Below the pieces are notes generated by a model. The model saw only the letters and a program-made list of their open reading frames with translations, ran no database searches and had not been told where the DNA came from. Positions 48,600 to 60,100 of a stretch of DNA of 64,000 bases are shown piece by piece. Made by a program: the position numbers and the translations under genes. How positions within the stretch are numbered: the stretch's first letter is position 1; each line of letters opens with the position of its first letter. The DNA is from Protoeuglena noctilucae (Eukaryota), in contig OY253668.1 in NCBI GenBank assembly GCA_958009085.1, forward strand, positions 1,426,001 through 1,490,000. The letters run 5' to 3'.

Positions 48600-49677
48600 T
48601 CACGCGTAGCGTTCAAGCAGCAGAGTGCACTTGGCCTTGAACCAGTCGGGCAGGTGCGCTTCCAGCGCCTCCCGCACCTGCTGCGCCTTGTACCTCGCGC
48701 TAAAGTGGATGAGAAGGACGTGCCCCACGTCGCGAAACCGATCGATGCGGGCGAGTAGGTCCTGCACGTGCCCGTGTCCCATCTCCCGCGCGCCCTCGGG
48801 GGTCACGTCGTCGTCTACAAACGTGAGCTCCAGGATTAGGAGCTTCGCCTTGAGCACTTGTGGGTCCTTCTCACAACAAAGATCGACGAACTCCAGCGAC
48901 GTGTCCCCCGTGAACGCCACCTCGGGGCTGTCCACTGCCTCCGTCACCGCGACGCCGCGCTCGCGGAGGGCGCGGATCTCTGGGCCCGGGAGCCCAGCGT
49001 ACTCGGGGCGGAGCTTATGCCGACGAGACAGGAGCAAGTAGCCCTGGGATGGCACCGGGTGCACGGTGGGGAAGGCCCGCACCCACGTGTCCCCGCGCAA
49101 GGCCATCTCTTCCCCGGGCTGGAGCCCCACTGCGTCGACCGGCATGTCCGACCCGTCGAGTTGCCGGTGCACCTCGCAGAGGGCGTGGAGGCCCTGTCAC
49201 GGCGGGGAGAGGGAGACTTGGCGCGAGGCATCGCTCACGTACGATAAGGGATGAGCGTGGGGCTGGGCGGCCGCGGCAGCTCGCCTGGACGTTCGCCGCC
49301 GGCAGCACCACGCGGGACGGCGTGAGTCCCAGGAGGGACCTCGATGCGATGTGAAAAGGAATGCCGCCAATGTGATCGAGATGCGCGTGAGAGACCAAAA
49401 CCGTCTGCGCGGGGGAGGACACGCATCTTGCTGCAGCTTGCGGCTGCGTGGCTGCGCCGGAGAAAAGGTCTGCACTTACCTCCATCGCGACTGCTCGTTG
49501 AGGGCATCTCCCAATGTCGAAAGCGAGCTTATATCGTGGCAAAACGAGGCACGTCTCCTGGCCCGCCACCGAAACGCCCTGGAGCTCCACGCCGCCGACC
49601 GATATGACCTCAGTGCAGCGCGAGGAGTTCTTCCCGACTGTAGCAATTTGGAGGCTATCGACAGCCCCCGCTGCCAT
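48600..49677 (-). CDS. TRZ: Short-form TM-type tRNase Z (metallo-beta-lactamase fold), spliced; alternative starts at 49698 and 49710
   Basis: QGVSVAGQET (EGxSxxG-like), DIGRCP, SHAHLDHIGG, EVAFTGDT, ILELTF, GHGH and IHFSARY. Confidence 0.9.
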
Positions 49678-49998
49678 GACTGCTGAGCACGCACGCATCG
49701 AAGCACGCATGAGTGCGTTGAGGCACGCGCAGCAGGCAGCCAAACAACTCCAACGTGAAACCCATCACCTCACCTGAAGCACGAGAGCACGAGCAAGGCC
49801 ATCCGCGCCGGCCGCGGCCACCAACGCCACCGTGGAGCGCTCGCAAACCGAGCGCTCGCATAAGCCGGCTTATCTTTCACACGGCCCACCCGCAAAAGCC
49901 CGTTGATCGCGCGCCAAGCAGACAGGCAAATGCTCCACGAACCCTTGCTCGCTGGCGTGTAAGCGGCAAGCGGCTGGATGCCAGTTCTGGCGCACACT

Positions 49999-51795
49999 CT
50001 ACTTAGCGTCGTGCGAGTGGTCGTGGCCGCAGTGGGCGTGGTCGTGGTCGTGGCCATGGTCGTGGCCACAGTGGGCGTGGTCGTGGTCGTGGTCATGGCC
50101 ATGTTCGTGGTCGTGGTGCTCATGCCCATGCCCGTGGTCGTGCCCATCGCCGTGGTCGTGGCCGCAGCCACAGTTGTCGCCGCCGCTCATGTGCATGCGC
50201 AGCATTTGCTGCGAGAGGCAGAGCAGCTTGCGCGTCACAAAACAATGGCGTGCGCGACCGCCTCACACCTGCCCATCCCAGCGCGCCCCACCTGCTCCAA
50301 CGCGTCGGCCAGCTTGTCCAGGCTGGGCATGTCCTTGCCGCTGCCGCGCTCGACATCCTCCATCATCTCCTGTACCAGCTTGTAAGCGTTCTCGGATGCC
50401 TCCTCCTGGTGCTTCATGAAGCCCTGCGCACGCGAACACCGCCCCGGCTCGACACCCTCCCGCCGTCGCCACGCAGCCCCGCCCCGCCCGCGTCACTCTC
50501 TCGCCTCGATGTCTCCGTCCCTCAGCAGCTTCTCCTGCTCCTCCTTGATCGGCCGGCTGTCGCGCGCCAGGCGGTCCATCCAGTCATGCGCGCTCTCTTG
50601 GGACATGGACACGATCGCCATGCGGATCTGCTGCTCCGCCGCCATGCTCTGCAAAACTCAAAAACAGCCACGTTGCGACGGGACGCGACAGAACAAGACA
50701 TGCTTGCTCGCCACGTGGCCCTTGCCGTGCAGCCGCACCTTGAGGGAGATGCGCTGCTGCCTGGTCATGATCTCCATGACCTTGGCCCGCTGCTTCTCGG
50801 GGGTCTCCTCCTTGGCGCCCTGGTCCAGCATGTACCGCACCACGGCCAGCTCGTTCTCGTACTTGCGCCTGGATGGGGTGGGGTAGGTTGGGCATCGTGT
50901 GAAAGCATATACACCCAAACACCATGTCGATACGATGGTGGATCTCGTCACTTGCGGCCCCTCCCTGCAACCCCTGGCCTTCAGACGCATGCAGGCATGC
51001 CAGCACTGTGCTGCCCCCTACCTCTCCCCGGACATGTACTCCATCTCGTTCTCCTTGAGCGTCTCGCACGCCATCATGACCTCGTCGTGCAGGAGCGCCT
51101 CCTTGTCAGCGAACATCTTGAAGGGGAGCGTGACGAACGGGTCGTCCCTGCAAGTGTGGGAGACGGCGTTCAAGCGCGCCCTCCCGTGGCCGGTGGCCGC
51201 GAATCCTTATCCACCACCCCAGCGTCCCATGCGCGCTCTCGCCTGTAGTCCACCATCACCCGGGGCATGTAGTCCAGGCCAAAGTTGCCGTCGATGCCCA
51301 GCGCCTCCAAGATCTGTCGCTGCGCCTGGTTGACCATCTCGGCCGTAGCACCGTCCCTCTCCTCGCCGTTCGGGATCTTCTGCGGGCGCACGCCGCACAC
51401 ACGCGGGCTCGTGGGGGCGCAAAGCGGGGCGGCAACACCTGCCGGGGGAAGCGCCACGCGCATCGGCGGACCTTGGCCGAGTCAATCAGGTTGATCTTGA
51501 AGTTCGTGTCGTCGTACAGCTTCTCGCACTCGGAGATGAACTTCAGGATCTTGTCCTTGGCGATCTTGCCCGAACGCTGGAGCGGCTGCGTGCAAGGCCG
51601 CGGGTGGTCCCGTGAGCGCCTTCCGGACCCTTCAGGGGCATCATGTTCACATGCGAAAATCAAATGTTGCGTGGCGGGAGAGAAGCAGCTGGCAAACCAC
51701 CGAGGGCGCACGGGAGCTGAAATGGCAGTTACGCGACGGACCTTGGCATCGAACTCGCCCAAGAGCGAGTCCACCGCCTTCCGAATCCAGTCCAT
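49999..51795 (-). CDS. Hypothetical helical protein with His/Asp-rich C-terminal tail, about 9 exons
   Basis: In-frame exon chain from MDWIRKAVDSLLGEFDAK to ...CGHDHGHDHDHAHCGHDHSHDAK*. Confidence 0.7.
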
Positions 51796-52266
51796 GGCTT
51801 CTCGTGCACCGTGTGGGCCCGCCGAGCCACAGATCAGCGCCTGGGACGAGGGGGCGGGGAAACAGCACAGTTGTGACGCCCGTAGCACAGAAGGCGCGGG
51901 AGGTCGGGGGGCAGCAGAGAGTCACTCGCGCTCGTAGTGAATGTCGCGGCGTGTTTCGATGCGATTGGCCCGCGGGGACCCGTCAGAACCCCCCTGAGTC
52001 GGCGCCGCCGTGCGTTGCGGGGCCGGGGGCGTTCTTGACAGGCGAATCCATCACGCGCTTCTCGCTATGCATGGTGTTCCGACTGGCTGTTCATTTCGAC
52101 CAAAAGGCTACCCAGAGGCGCAGACTTGCCACCGCACAGAGGTTCAAGGGCCGCCGCAGAACTTTGCCACAGGCCGGGGTGGCGGAGGCGTGCCATCGTG
52201 TCACCAGTCCAGCGTCATCGCCGAATCGCTGGCCGCCGGCCGCTATACGGGGCGGTTGCGGTCGTG

Positions 52267-53374
52267 ATGGCGGAGGACGGGCTGCTTCCCAAAGGCAGGG
52301 CTTGGGAGCGCGCGCGCGTGTCGTTCGGGGCCTGTCCTGGCAAATATGGATGGGAGCTGTGTCGTGGGCGCCATCGGTGCTTCGTGCTAGCTTCCCAGGC
52401 GTCGCGGATGGACCGCAGAGACATTGCCCGCAGCTCCCATTTACAAGATGGTGCGGGACGCGTTGCAGAAGCGGGAGCTGAGCATGCGGGTGTCGGCAGA
52501 CTTCATCAGCAAGATCGTGGAGGCCGCCACGGAGTTCACGCGGATCGTCTCCACCCAGGCCAACGAGATCTCGCAGGAGAACCAAAAGACGACCATCGCC
52601 CCCGAGCACGTCCTTTCCGCGCTCGAAATCCTCGAGGTCCGGCTTGTGGCATGAGCTGGCTGGCTGGCTTTTTGGACGCAACCGTGGCTGTGCACCCGCC
52701 GGGGCCGAGGCTGGAGTCGACGCAGCTTTCGTTCGGCATCGCCGCAGTTCTCCAAGTTCCTGGACCAGGTCAAGGAGGCGTGCGACGAGAAGAAGGAGCA
52801 GGACGCGGAGTTCCGAAAACAGAAGAAAGAACGGAAGGTGGGGGGCATCTTGATGTCAGCGCCCTTTTGGCGAGCGCCGCTGCCTCCTCAGTGCCGCACG
52901 AGCGCCCTGCCACCCGCCGTCTCTTGCGCCCGCAGAAGGGGTCCAACCTATCGCAGGAGGAACTGATCGCCAGGCAGCAGAAGGCGCTGCAGGAGGCCTA
53001 CCAGCGGCAGTTCCTGCACGCCGAGGCTCTCACGCGCCAACCTGAAGGTGCCTTGCCGCTGCCAGAAGCGCGTGCATGGTGTCAAGCTCCGCTCAGCGCG
53101 CTGGCGGAAGCCCCTCGCCTCTACTCGCGTGCCTGCAGGCGCCGGCACGCCTGCTGCTTCAGCGCAGCCAACAGAGCCCACGAAGCCGGCGGGCGAAGGT
53201 CCGCAGATCGGCGGGTGAGGGCGCTGTTTCGCTGCGTGATCTGAGCCGCGCGCACGCGTGTCGAATGCGGAGAGCAGCGGACGAAACCCTATCTCTTGCA
53301 GGGCGGCTTCGTTGGCCAAGGAGACCACCCGGGCGGTAGAGGAAGACGATTACGACGACGACGGCGACGAGTGA
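52267..53374 (+). CDS. DR1: Negative cofactor 2 beta (DR1/NCB2) histone-fold transcription regulator, spliced
   Basis: MAEDGLLPK|APIYKMVRD...EFTRIVSTQANEISQENQKTTIAPEHVLSALE, LSQEELIARQQ and an acidic end. The first intron is GC-AG (52295-52433). Confidence 0.85.
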
Positions 53375-53549
53375 ACGCCATCGCTCCCGTGCGGCTTTGC
53401 GGCTGGTGTCGGGTCGCATCCCTTCGCCCCCGCTCGGCGTCGCGCGCCCATCTTTTCTCATCATTAGCGCTTGCTTCGCACCTTATTATTATACCGAACT
53501 TGCTTCGTGGTTTGTGCGCCGCATCGCGATTGCGTTCGCGCGCTGCGCC

Positions 53550-54980
53550 ATGAAGTTGCTCGCCTTCAATGCGCCCGTCCTGGAGCTCGACAAGGAGGAC
53601 CGGGCGCGGTCCTTTGCTGCCCAGCGCGAGCAAATTCGCGATGCCAACGTGAGCGCTCCGCCCAACGGCTCCCTCGCGCTCCGTGCTCGGGAGGACGGTC
53701 ACCACACTGCCTCGCCCTGCCGCCCCCAGGACCATTCCAAGCAGCCGGTGGCTGTCCTGAGCAGCGGTCACTCGATGCCTCTGCTTGGCTTCGGCACGTG
53801 GGCCAAGGGCGACGGCGCGCGCCGGGGAGAGACGCGGGAGGCCGTGCTTTCCGCCATCCTCTCCGGGTACCGCCACATTGACTGCGCGTCGTACTACGAC
53901 AACGAGGGCGAGGTCGGCGACGCCATCACCGCCGCCATCGCCGCCGGCGTCGTGCGAAGGGAGGACCTGTTCGTGACCACCAAGCTGTGGAACACCGACC
54001 ACGCCCCCCCTCGCGTTCGTGCTTCGTGCTTGCGGAGCATGGACAGGCTGGGGGTCGTGTACCTGGATCTCTTCCTCATCCACTGGCCCGTGACGGGCAA
54101 CACGGGCCCATCGGTGGAGCCCCCCATCCAGGTGGGTGCTCCTTGCAATTGCGAGAGGGGCCACGTCATCCGAGACCAGTCAGCCCACTGAACCGTGAAG
54201 GACTACCCGAGCGACGCTCCGCAGGACACGTGGCAGGCCATGGAGGGGCTCGTGCGCGAGGGTCTCGTGCGCTCGATCGGCGTCAGCAACTTCAGCGCCC
54301 GCAAGCTGGAGCGACTCGCGGGCTACGCGACCATAGCCCCCGCCGTGTGCCAGGTCGAGATGCACCCCTACTTCCGCAACGACGCGCTCCTCGCGTGGTG
54401 CCAGAGCCGCGGCATCCACGTCACCGGTGCGGCACACTCCATGCGCCCTCGGGATGCATGGAGCCAGGCATGGGGCGGTCGCGAGTCTTTACACAAGCTG
54501 CGCGATGCCCGCACCTCCATATCCCAATCCCGCAGCGTACAGTCCCCTGGGGTCCCAGGACTCGGAAACTCTGCTGAAGCGGACCCCCGGGGGTCCACGT
54601 CTGCTCCAGGACGTGGCGGTGCAGGAGACGGCGAGCGAGGTCGGGGCGACACCCGCCCAAGTCCTCATTGCGTGGGCATTGCAGGCGAGGGTATTTGACA
54701 GCCAGGCTTCTCAATGGGTGTGCAAGTTTGTGGCTGCTTGTTGCGCTGGCGACTGCCCGACCCTCGACACACGCAGAGGGGCACGTCCGTCCTGCCCAAG
54801 TCTAGCAACCCGGGTCGCATCGCGGCCAACTTCCGAGCGCTGGACGTGCAGCTGCCCCAGGACGCCATGAATCGCCTCTCCTTGCTGCCGTACCAGCGCC
54901 GCATGGTCGACGGCGCGGCCTTCCTCAACCCGAACGGACCCTACCGCACCCTCGCTGAGCTCTGGGACGACGGCGAGTGA
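53550..54980 (+). CDS. Aldo/keto reductase (AKR1/AKR4-like), spliced
   Basis: MPLLGFGTW, GYRHIDCASYYDNE, LFVTTKLW, LDLFLIHWP, SIGVSNF, QVEMHPY and VLPKS. Confidence 0.95.
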
Positions 54981-55145
54981 GAGGGAGTGAGGGATTGCGA
55001 GAGCTTGCGAACGGCACTGGTCAAGCCATAGGGCTGTATGATATGGATGTGGCCTGGCCGGAGGGGCCATCCTTTGGCACTCTCTCGTCTCTGCAAGTGC
55101 CCTGGATGTTCTTTTGCGATTGAAAGCTATCGATCCATATCCCCG

Positions 55146-56717
55146 CTATTCCTTGACCACCCCCGACTCCGGGGCAGCCGCGACCGCAGCGAGCGTTTGC
55201 ATGACGCCCGCGTCACCCCTCAGCGCCGTGACGGCCGCGTTGGCACGCGCCACTGCTCCCTCGAGCTCCTCGCTGCCGTCGCGCAGCACCTCCCACCGCG
55301 TCACGTTCCGCTTGAGGGCTTGCTGCTCCTCAGGTGTGTTGTCAAACGCCGCACTGTTGCCGCCCTCCACATAAGGGCCGGCCACCTGCCCCAAAACCTC
55401 CTCCACCACCGCGTCCTGGTCCCGCGACGCGTCCACCCAGCGGAAGAGCGCGTAGCCCCGGAACCAGGTGTGCTGGCGACGCACCAACGTCCGCGTGGGC
55501 GCTTGGATGTCCGTGCACAGCGCACGCAGCGCCGCCCCGTCCACGGGGACCGACCCTCGCACCCAACGCTCCAAATGATCGAGACCCTGGCGATACCCGA
55601 TGGCGCGGCTGCAACTGCGGGCCAAGCTAGGGCAGGGGCGCAGTGTCCGTATCGGCAGCTGAGGTGTGAAGGGTCGCGTGCGCCCCACCCTGACCCGCTG
55701 CGCCTGGCCGCGCCTCACCAGTGCGTGTTGGCGCGGACGCCACGCCGCAGCAGCCCAGTACACTCCTCCAGCAAGCCGCCCGCCACCATCTCCTCGCACC
55801 GGCGGTCGATGCGCCGGAAAAGGTCGACGCGCGGCCGGTGCAGGAAGAAACACCGGAAGTCATAGTCCAGGTCCGCCGACGCATCGATCGCCGCGTCCTC
55901 CATGGGCCGGCCCGTGGCCCGCACCACCTCCACCGCCCGTCGCAACCGGTACCAGTTGTTGGGGCACGCGCGCATGCGCTCCGCGCTCCCGGGGTCCCCC
56001 AGCTCCGCCAGCACCGCCCGCCCCGCGTCCCACCGCTCCTCCGCCGACAGCGGCCGCCCGGCCGCCACCTCCGCTTTTGACGTCGCCTCGTCCAGCAGCG
56101 CCTGCGCCGCCGCGGCGCCCTCGGCGTCCGACCGCCCGGTGCCGGCGGGGCCATTGATCAGCCAGTGCAGGTAGAACCCCGTGCCTCCCACCACCAGGGG
56201 CACGCGCCCACGCGACAGCACGTCCGCGATGGCGGCCCGCGCCCTGGGAAAGAAGTCCCCCGCAGAGAAGTCCTCCTCGGCATCGAGGACGTCGATGAGA
56301 TGGTGCGGGATCCCACCGCGCTCATGGACGGGTAGCTTGTCGGACCCGACGTCCAGGCCCCGGTACACCTGCACCGAGTCCGCGCTGATGACCTCGCCGC
56401 CCAGGGCCTCGGCCAGGCGCAGGGAGAGGGCCGTCTGCGCAGAGGGGCGCGCGGACCGTTGAAAACGGGGGCGCGCTGAGGCTGGTGGAGGGTGCAAGCT
56501 ACCGGCCGGCCCTTGCCTTGCCGACGGCCGTGGGACCTGTGACGATGACGACCTTCTCCCGGTTTGCGACGCCGCGCGCCGATTGCGCTTTCTCCCAACG
56601 CGTCCGCTTGCCCGCCTCCGGCTCCGTCTCGCCGTCGGCCTCCGCCCGGCAGCGCCTCGACATCAGGCGGCTGCGGGAAGCGGCACTCCAGGAACTCTGC
56701 CGTGAGGTTTGGGTCAT
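55146..56717 (-). CDS. miaA: tRNA dimethylallyl(isopentenyl)transferase, MiaA/IPT9-like, spliced; start uncertain
   Basis: GPTAVGK|T, ISADSVQVYRGLDVGSDK, PHHLID, VGGTGFY, RLRRAVEV, RAIGYRQ and RRQHTWFR. Confidence 0.93.
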
Positions 56718-57163
56718 AACGCTGGTCGCAAAGGCAGCTACCACTTCGCATCTACCCTTGCCTCACGAGAGATGCACTTGAAAACCTCCCCACGCTCCGC
56801 GACAGCATCGCAGGGGCAGGCCGGCTCGACATGGGGTTACATGGCACAGCGAGCCTCGTCCGCACCCTGACGGTGCGCTACGAGCAGCCTTGCAACGCTG
56901 GTGACATGGTCTGGGCGTTGTCTGAGCGAGTCGGCGACCATGAAAAGTGTCGCGAAACACCAGGGTATCGTGTAAGGAGTTTGCGCCGTTTTCAAGTGCT
57001 TGCTGCGTCCCGCAGGTTTACAAACAGGTGCACCTGCTTCGCCTTGGCTAATCGCCTGCGTGCCCCTGTGGAGACTCGCGGGCCCCCGCATAGCGTCCGC
57101 CTTTTCAGCGGCATCGGGGCCCTGCGAGCCATCTGTGGAGCTCGTGAGGAAAGCTTGCCAGAC

Positions 57164-60100
57164 ATGGCGTCCGACTCGGACGAGGAACTCCAAATTGCGC
57201 CGTCCCTGAGGCAGTTTGAGGTGGAGGGCGAGGGCGAGGGCGAGGGTGAGGGCGCAAGGCGCGGTGCAGTGAGAAAGTGGCGCCCTGCCCTTGTCGGCCA
57301 CTCGCGATATGGCATTACGCTTCCGGTCCTGCAGGGGCGTCATCCGGGCTCCCGGCAAGTCTCGCGGGCCTGCATATGGGCCCCGCGTCGCGACCGGCCC
57401 ACGGCAGCATCGCTTCAGGTTACCGCGCGATCCTTGGCCCTCACACGGCGCGGCGACACGATTGCTGGCGTAATGCGACGCCTGAGGAGGGCTGACCAGC
57501 GCGATGCCCCGACTTGTGTTCGCAGACTCGGGGACGGAGATTCTGTTCGATGCCGACAGTCGGGAGCCCTCGCGCTTCAAGCAGGAAGCGATGAACATCG
57601 TGCGCACCCCGCCCCCCGCCGCGGAGGAGGCCCAGCCTCTCCACAACCGCGTCGGTTCCGTCACCAGCCTCCGCGCGCACCGCCGCGGGCGCAGCGTCGC
57701 CAACGTTAAGCTGAACAACATGCGCAGGACGCAGTCATACGGCGAGTTGCGGGGCGGCACGGGACCGGACGGCCTGCCCCGCGTCAAGATCGCCGTGTGC
57801 GCGATGAGCAAGAAGTCCAACAGCAAGCCCATGCGCAACATCCTGGAGCGCCTCCGCCGCAGCGGGTGCGTCGTCGTGCATCGCATGCGCAGTGCCGCGA
57901 TCCCTTGGAAACCTCACTCACCGCGACATCGACACGCATGTCCCTTCGCGTCGCAGGGAGTTCGAGATCGAGGTGTTCACGGACGAAATGATCCTGCATC
58001 AGCCACAGGAGCAGTGGCCCGAGTGCGACTGCCTCATCTCCTTCTTCAGCTCCGGCTTCCCTCTTGAGAAGGCCATCGCCTACTCGAACCGTGTACGGTG
58101 AGGCGGGCACGGTTGCTGGGAGCACGCAGCGCTGCGAGTCGGTGTGCAGATTGCAAGTGGGGCTGCAGGCTGTGAGTGGGACTGCGAGTGGGGCTGCGAG
58201 TGGGGCTGCGGGCTGGAGCGGGGCTGGGCTGGGGGAACTGCGAGGTTGGAAGTGATGTGGGTGGCAGCGACGTCTAGATCGCGCCCGTCGCCTTCTCACC
58301 TTACTCGACTACTCGCCCCCTGCAGCCCGTACCTGATCAACGACATCACGAGCCAGCGTGACTTGCTGGACCGTCGCAAGGTGTACCAGCGGCTCAAGGA
58401 GGTGGGCATCCCCGTCCCGAAGCACATCATCGTCGACCGCGACGGCATCCCGCCGGGGGAGGACGTGCCTGGGTTCATTGAGGAGGAGGACTACGTGGAG
58501 CTGGACGGGCAGCGGCTGGTGAAGCCGTTCGTGGAGAAGCCAGTGTCTGGGGAGGACCACAACATCTACATCTACTACCCGCACTCGATGGGCGGCGGCG
58601 TGAAGAAGCTGTTCCGCAAGGTGGCCAACAAGAGCGCCGAGTTCGACCCCGACCACCCGGGCACCGTGCGGAGGGACGGCAGCTACATCTACGAGGCGTT
58701 CCTCACCACGGGCGGCACGGACGTCAAGGTGTACACGGTGGGGCCCAGGTGAGGGGAAGGGAGAGGTGGGGGGTGGGGACTGATGGGCGCGCAGAGAGGG
58801 CACAGGTGTGAGCCAGGCGGAGGGGTGAGAGATAAGAGGGGTGGGAGATGGGAACCGGCACCTTGGTGGCTGTTGAAAACGCAGTGCCGCGCATCGGTCC
58901 CATGCGCATGCTATGTGCTTCTGACACACGCAGGTACGCCCACGCGGAGGCAAGGCGGTCCCCCGTGGTGGACGGGAAGGTGCTGCGGACGGCGGAGGGG
59001 AAGGAAGTGCGATTTCCGGTGCTGCTAAGGTGAGCCCGGGGGGCTGCTGAGGCGGCGTTGAAGACCCGTGAGGGTGGCACCTTGCAGCGACCGTGGCGGC
59101 GACGGTGCACCCGGTCTGTCCGTCCACGCACGCTCTTGTCCCTCTCGCCCCCCGCAGTCCGTCGGAGAAGGAGATGGCCCGCATCGTGTCCCTGGCCTTC
59201 CAGCAGAAGGTCTGCGGGTTCGATCTCCTGCGTTCTGAGAAGGGTCGGTCGTACGTGTGCGACGTCAACGGATGGTCCTTCGTCAAGTCGTCCACCAAGT
59301 ACTACGACGACTGCGCGGGCATCCTCCGGTCCATTATCCTGGTGCGGCCTAGGGCGGGGGTGTGCGGGGAGCGGGTCACCGTGGGCTGCGGAGGCGGAGA
59401 GCGGTGCTGCTCTTGGTACTACCTTGTGTCTTGCGCCCTTGCACTTGCACGAAGACGTTGACAGTAACGATAACATTGTTGCTCTTCCGCTCCCTGCGCA
59501 ACTGCTCCTTGCTCTGTTCCCCGCAGAGTGCCCTGGCCCCGCACCGGCTGGTGTTGGTGCCGTCGTCGCCGGGTGCGGTGTCCATGACCCCCGAGGGCCG
59601 CCACGTCAGCGAGGAGGGCGCGGAGGGTGTGCCGGAGGAGGAGGTCGACGAGGAGGAGGACGACGCGAGTTTCGAGGAGCTGCGATGCGTGCTGGCGGTG
59701 GTGCGGCATGGGGACCGCACACCCAAGCAGAAAGTGAAGGTCAAGGTCATGAACCGCCTCTTCATGGACCTCCTGCACAAGTACATGGAGGGCAAGGGCA
59801 AGCAGGCCAAGCTCAAGAGCCCCAACCAGATGCAGGAGCTGTTGGACGTGACCCGCGAGGTCGTGGCGCAGCTGCAGGAGCGCAAGAAGCAGGGGCCCCT
59901 GGATGACGACACGGCAGGTGCGTGGGTGGGTGGATGGGTGGGTAAGTGACGACACGGCAGGTGCGTGGGTGTGTGGATGGGTGGGTAAGTGACGAGACGG
60001 CAGGGCTGGTGAGTCGATGTGGATGATGATTGCAATGCGATGAATGTTTGCCTCAGCCACTCCCCGTCCCATTGCTATCAAGCCCTCCCCATTCCCATCC

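Noticed and set aside
59904..60004. Repeat arrays as possible CRISPR or transposon ends
   Set aside because: They have no unique spacers, there are no cas or transposase genes, and I found no terminal inverted repeats. They are simple tandem duplications in a eukaryotic intron.
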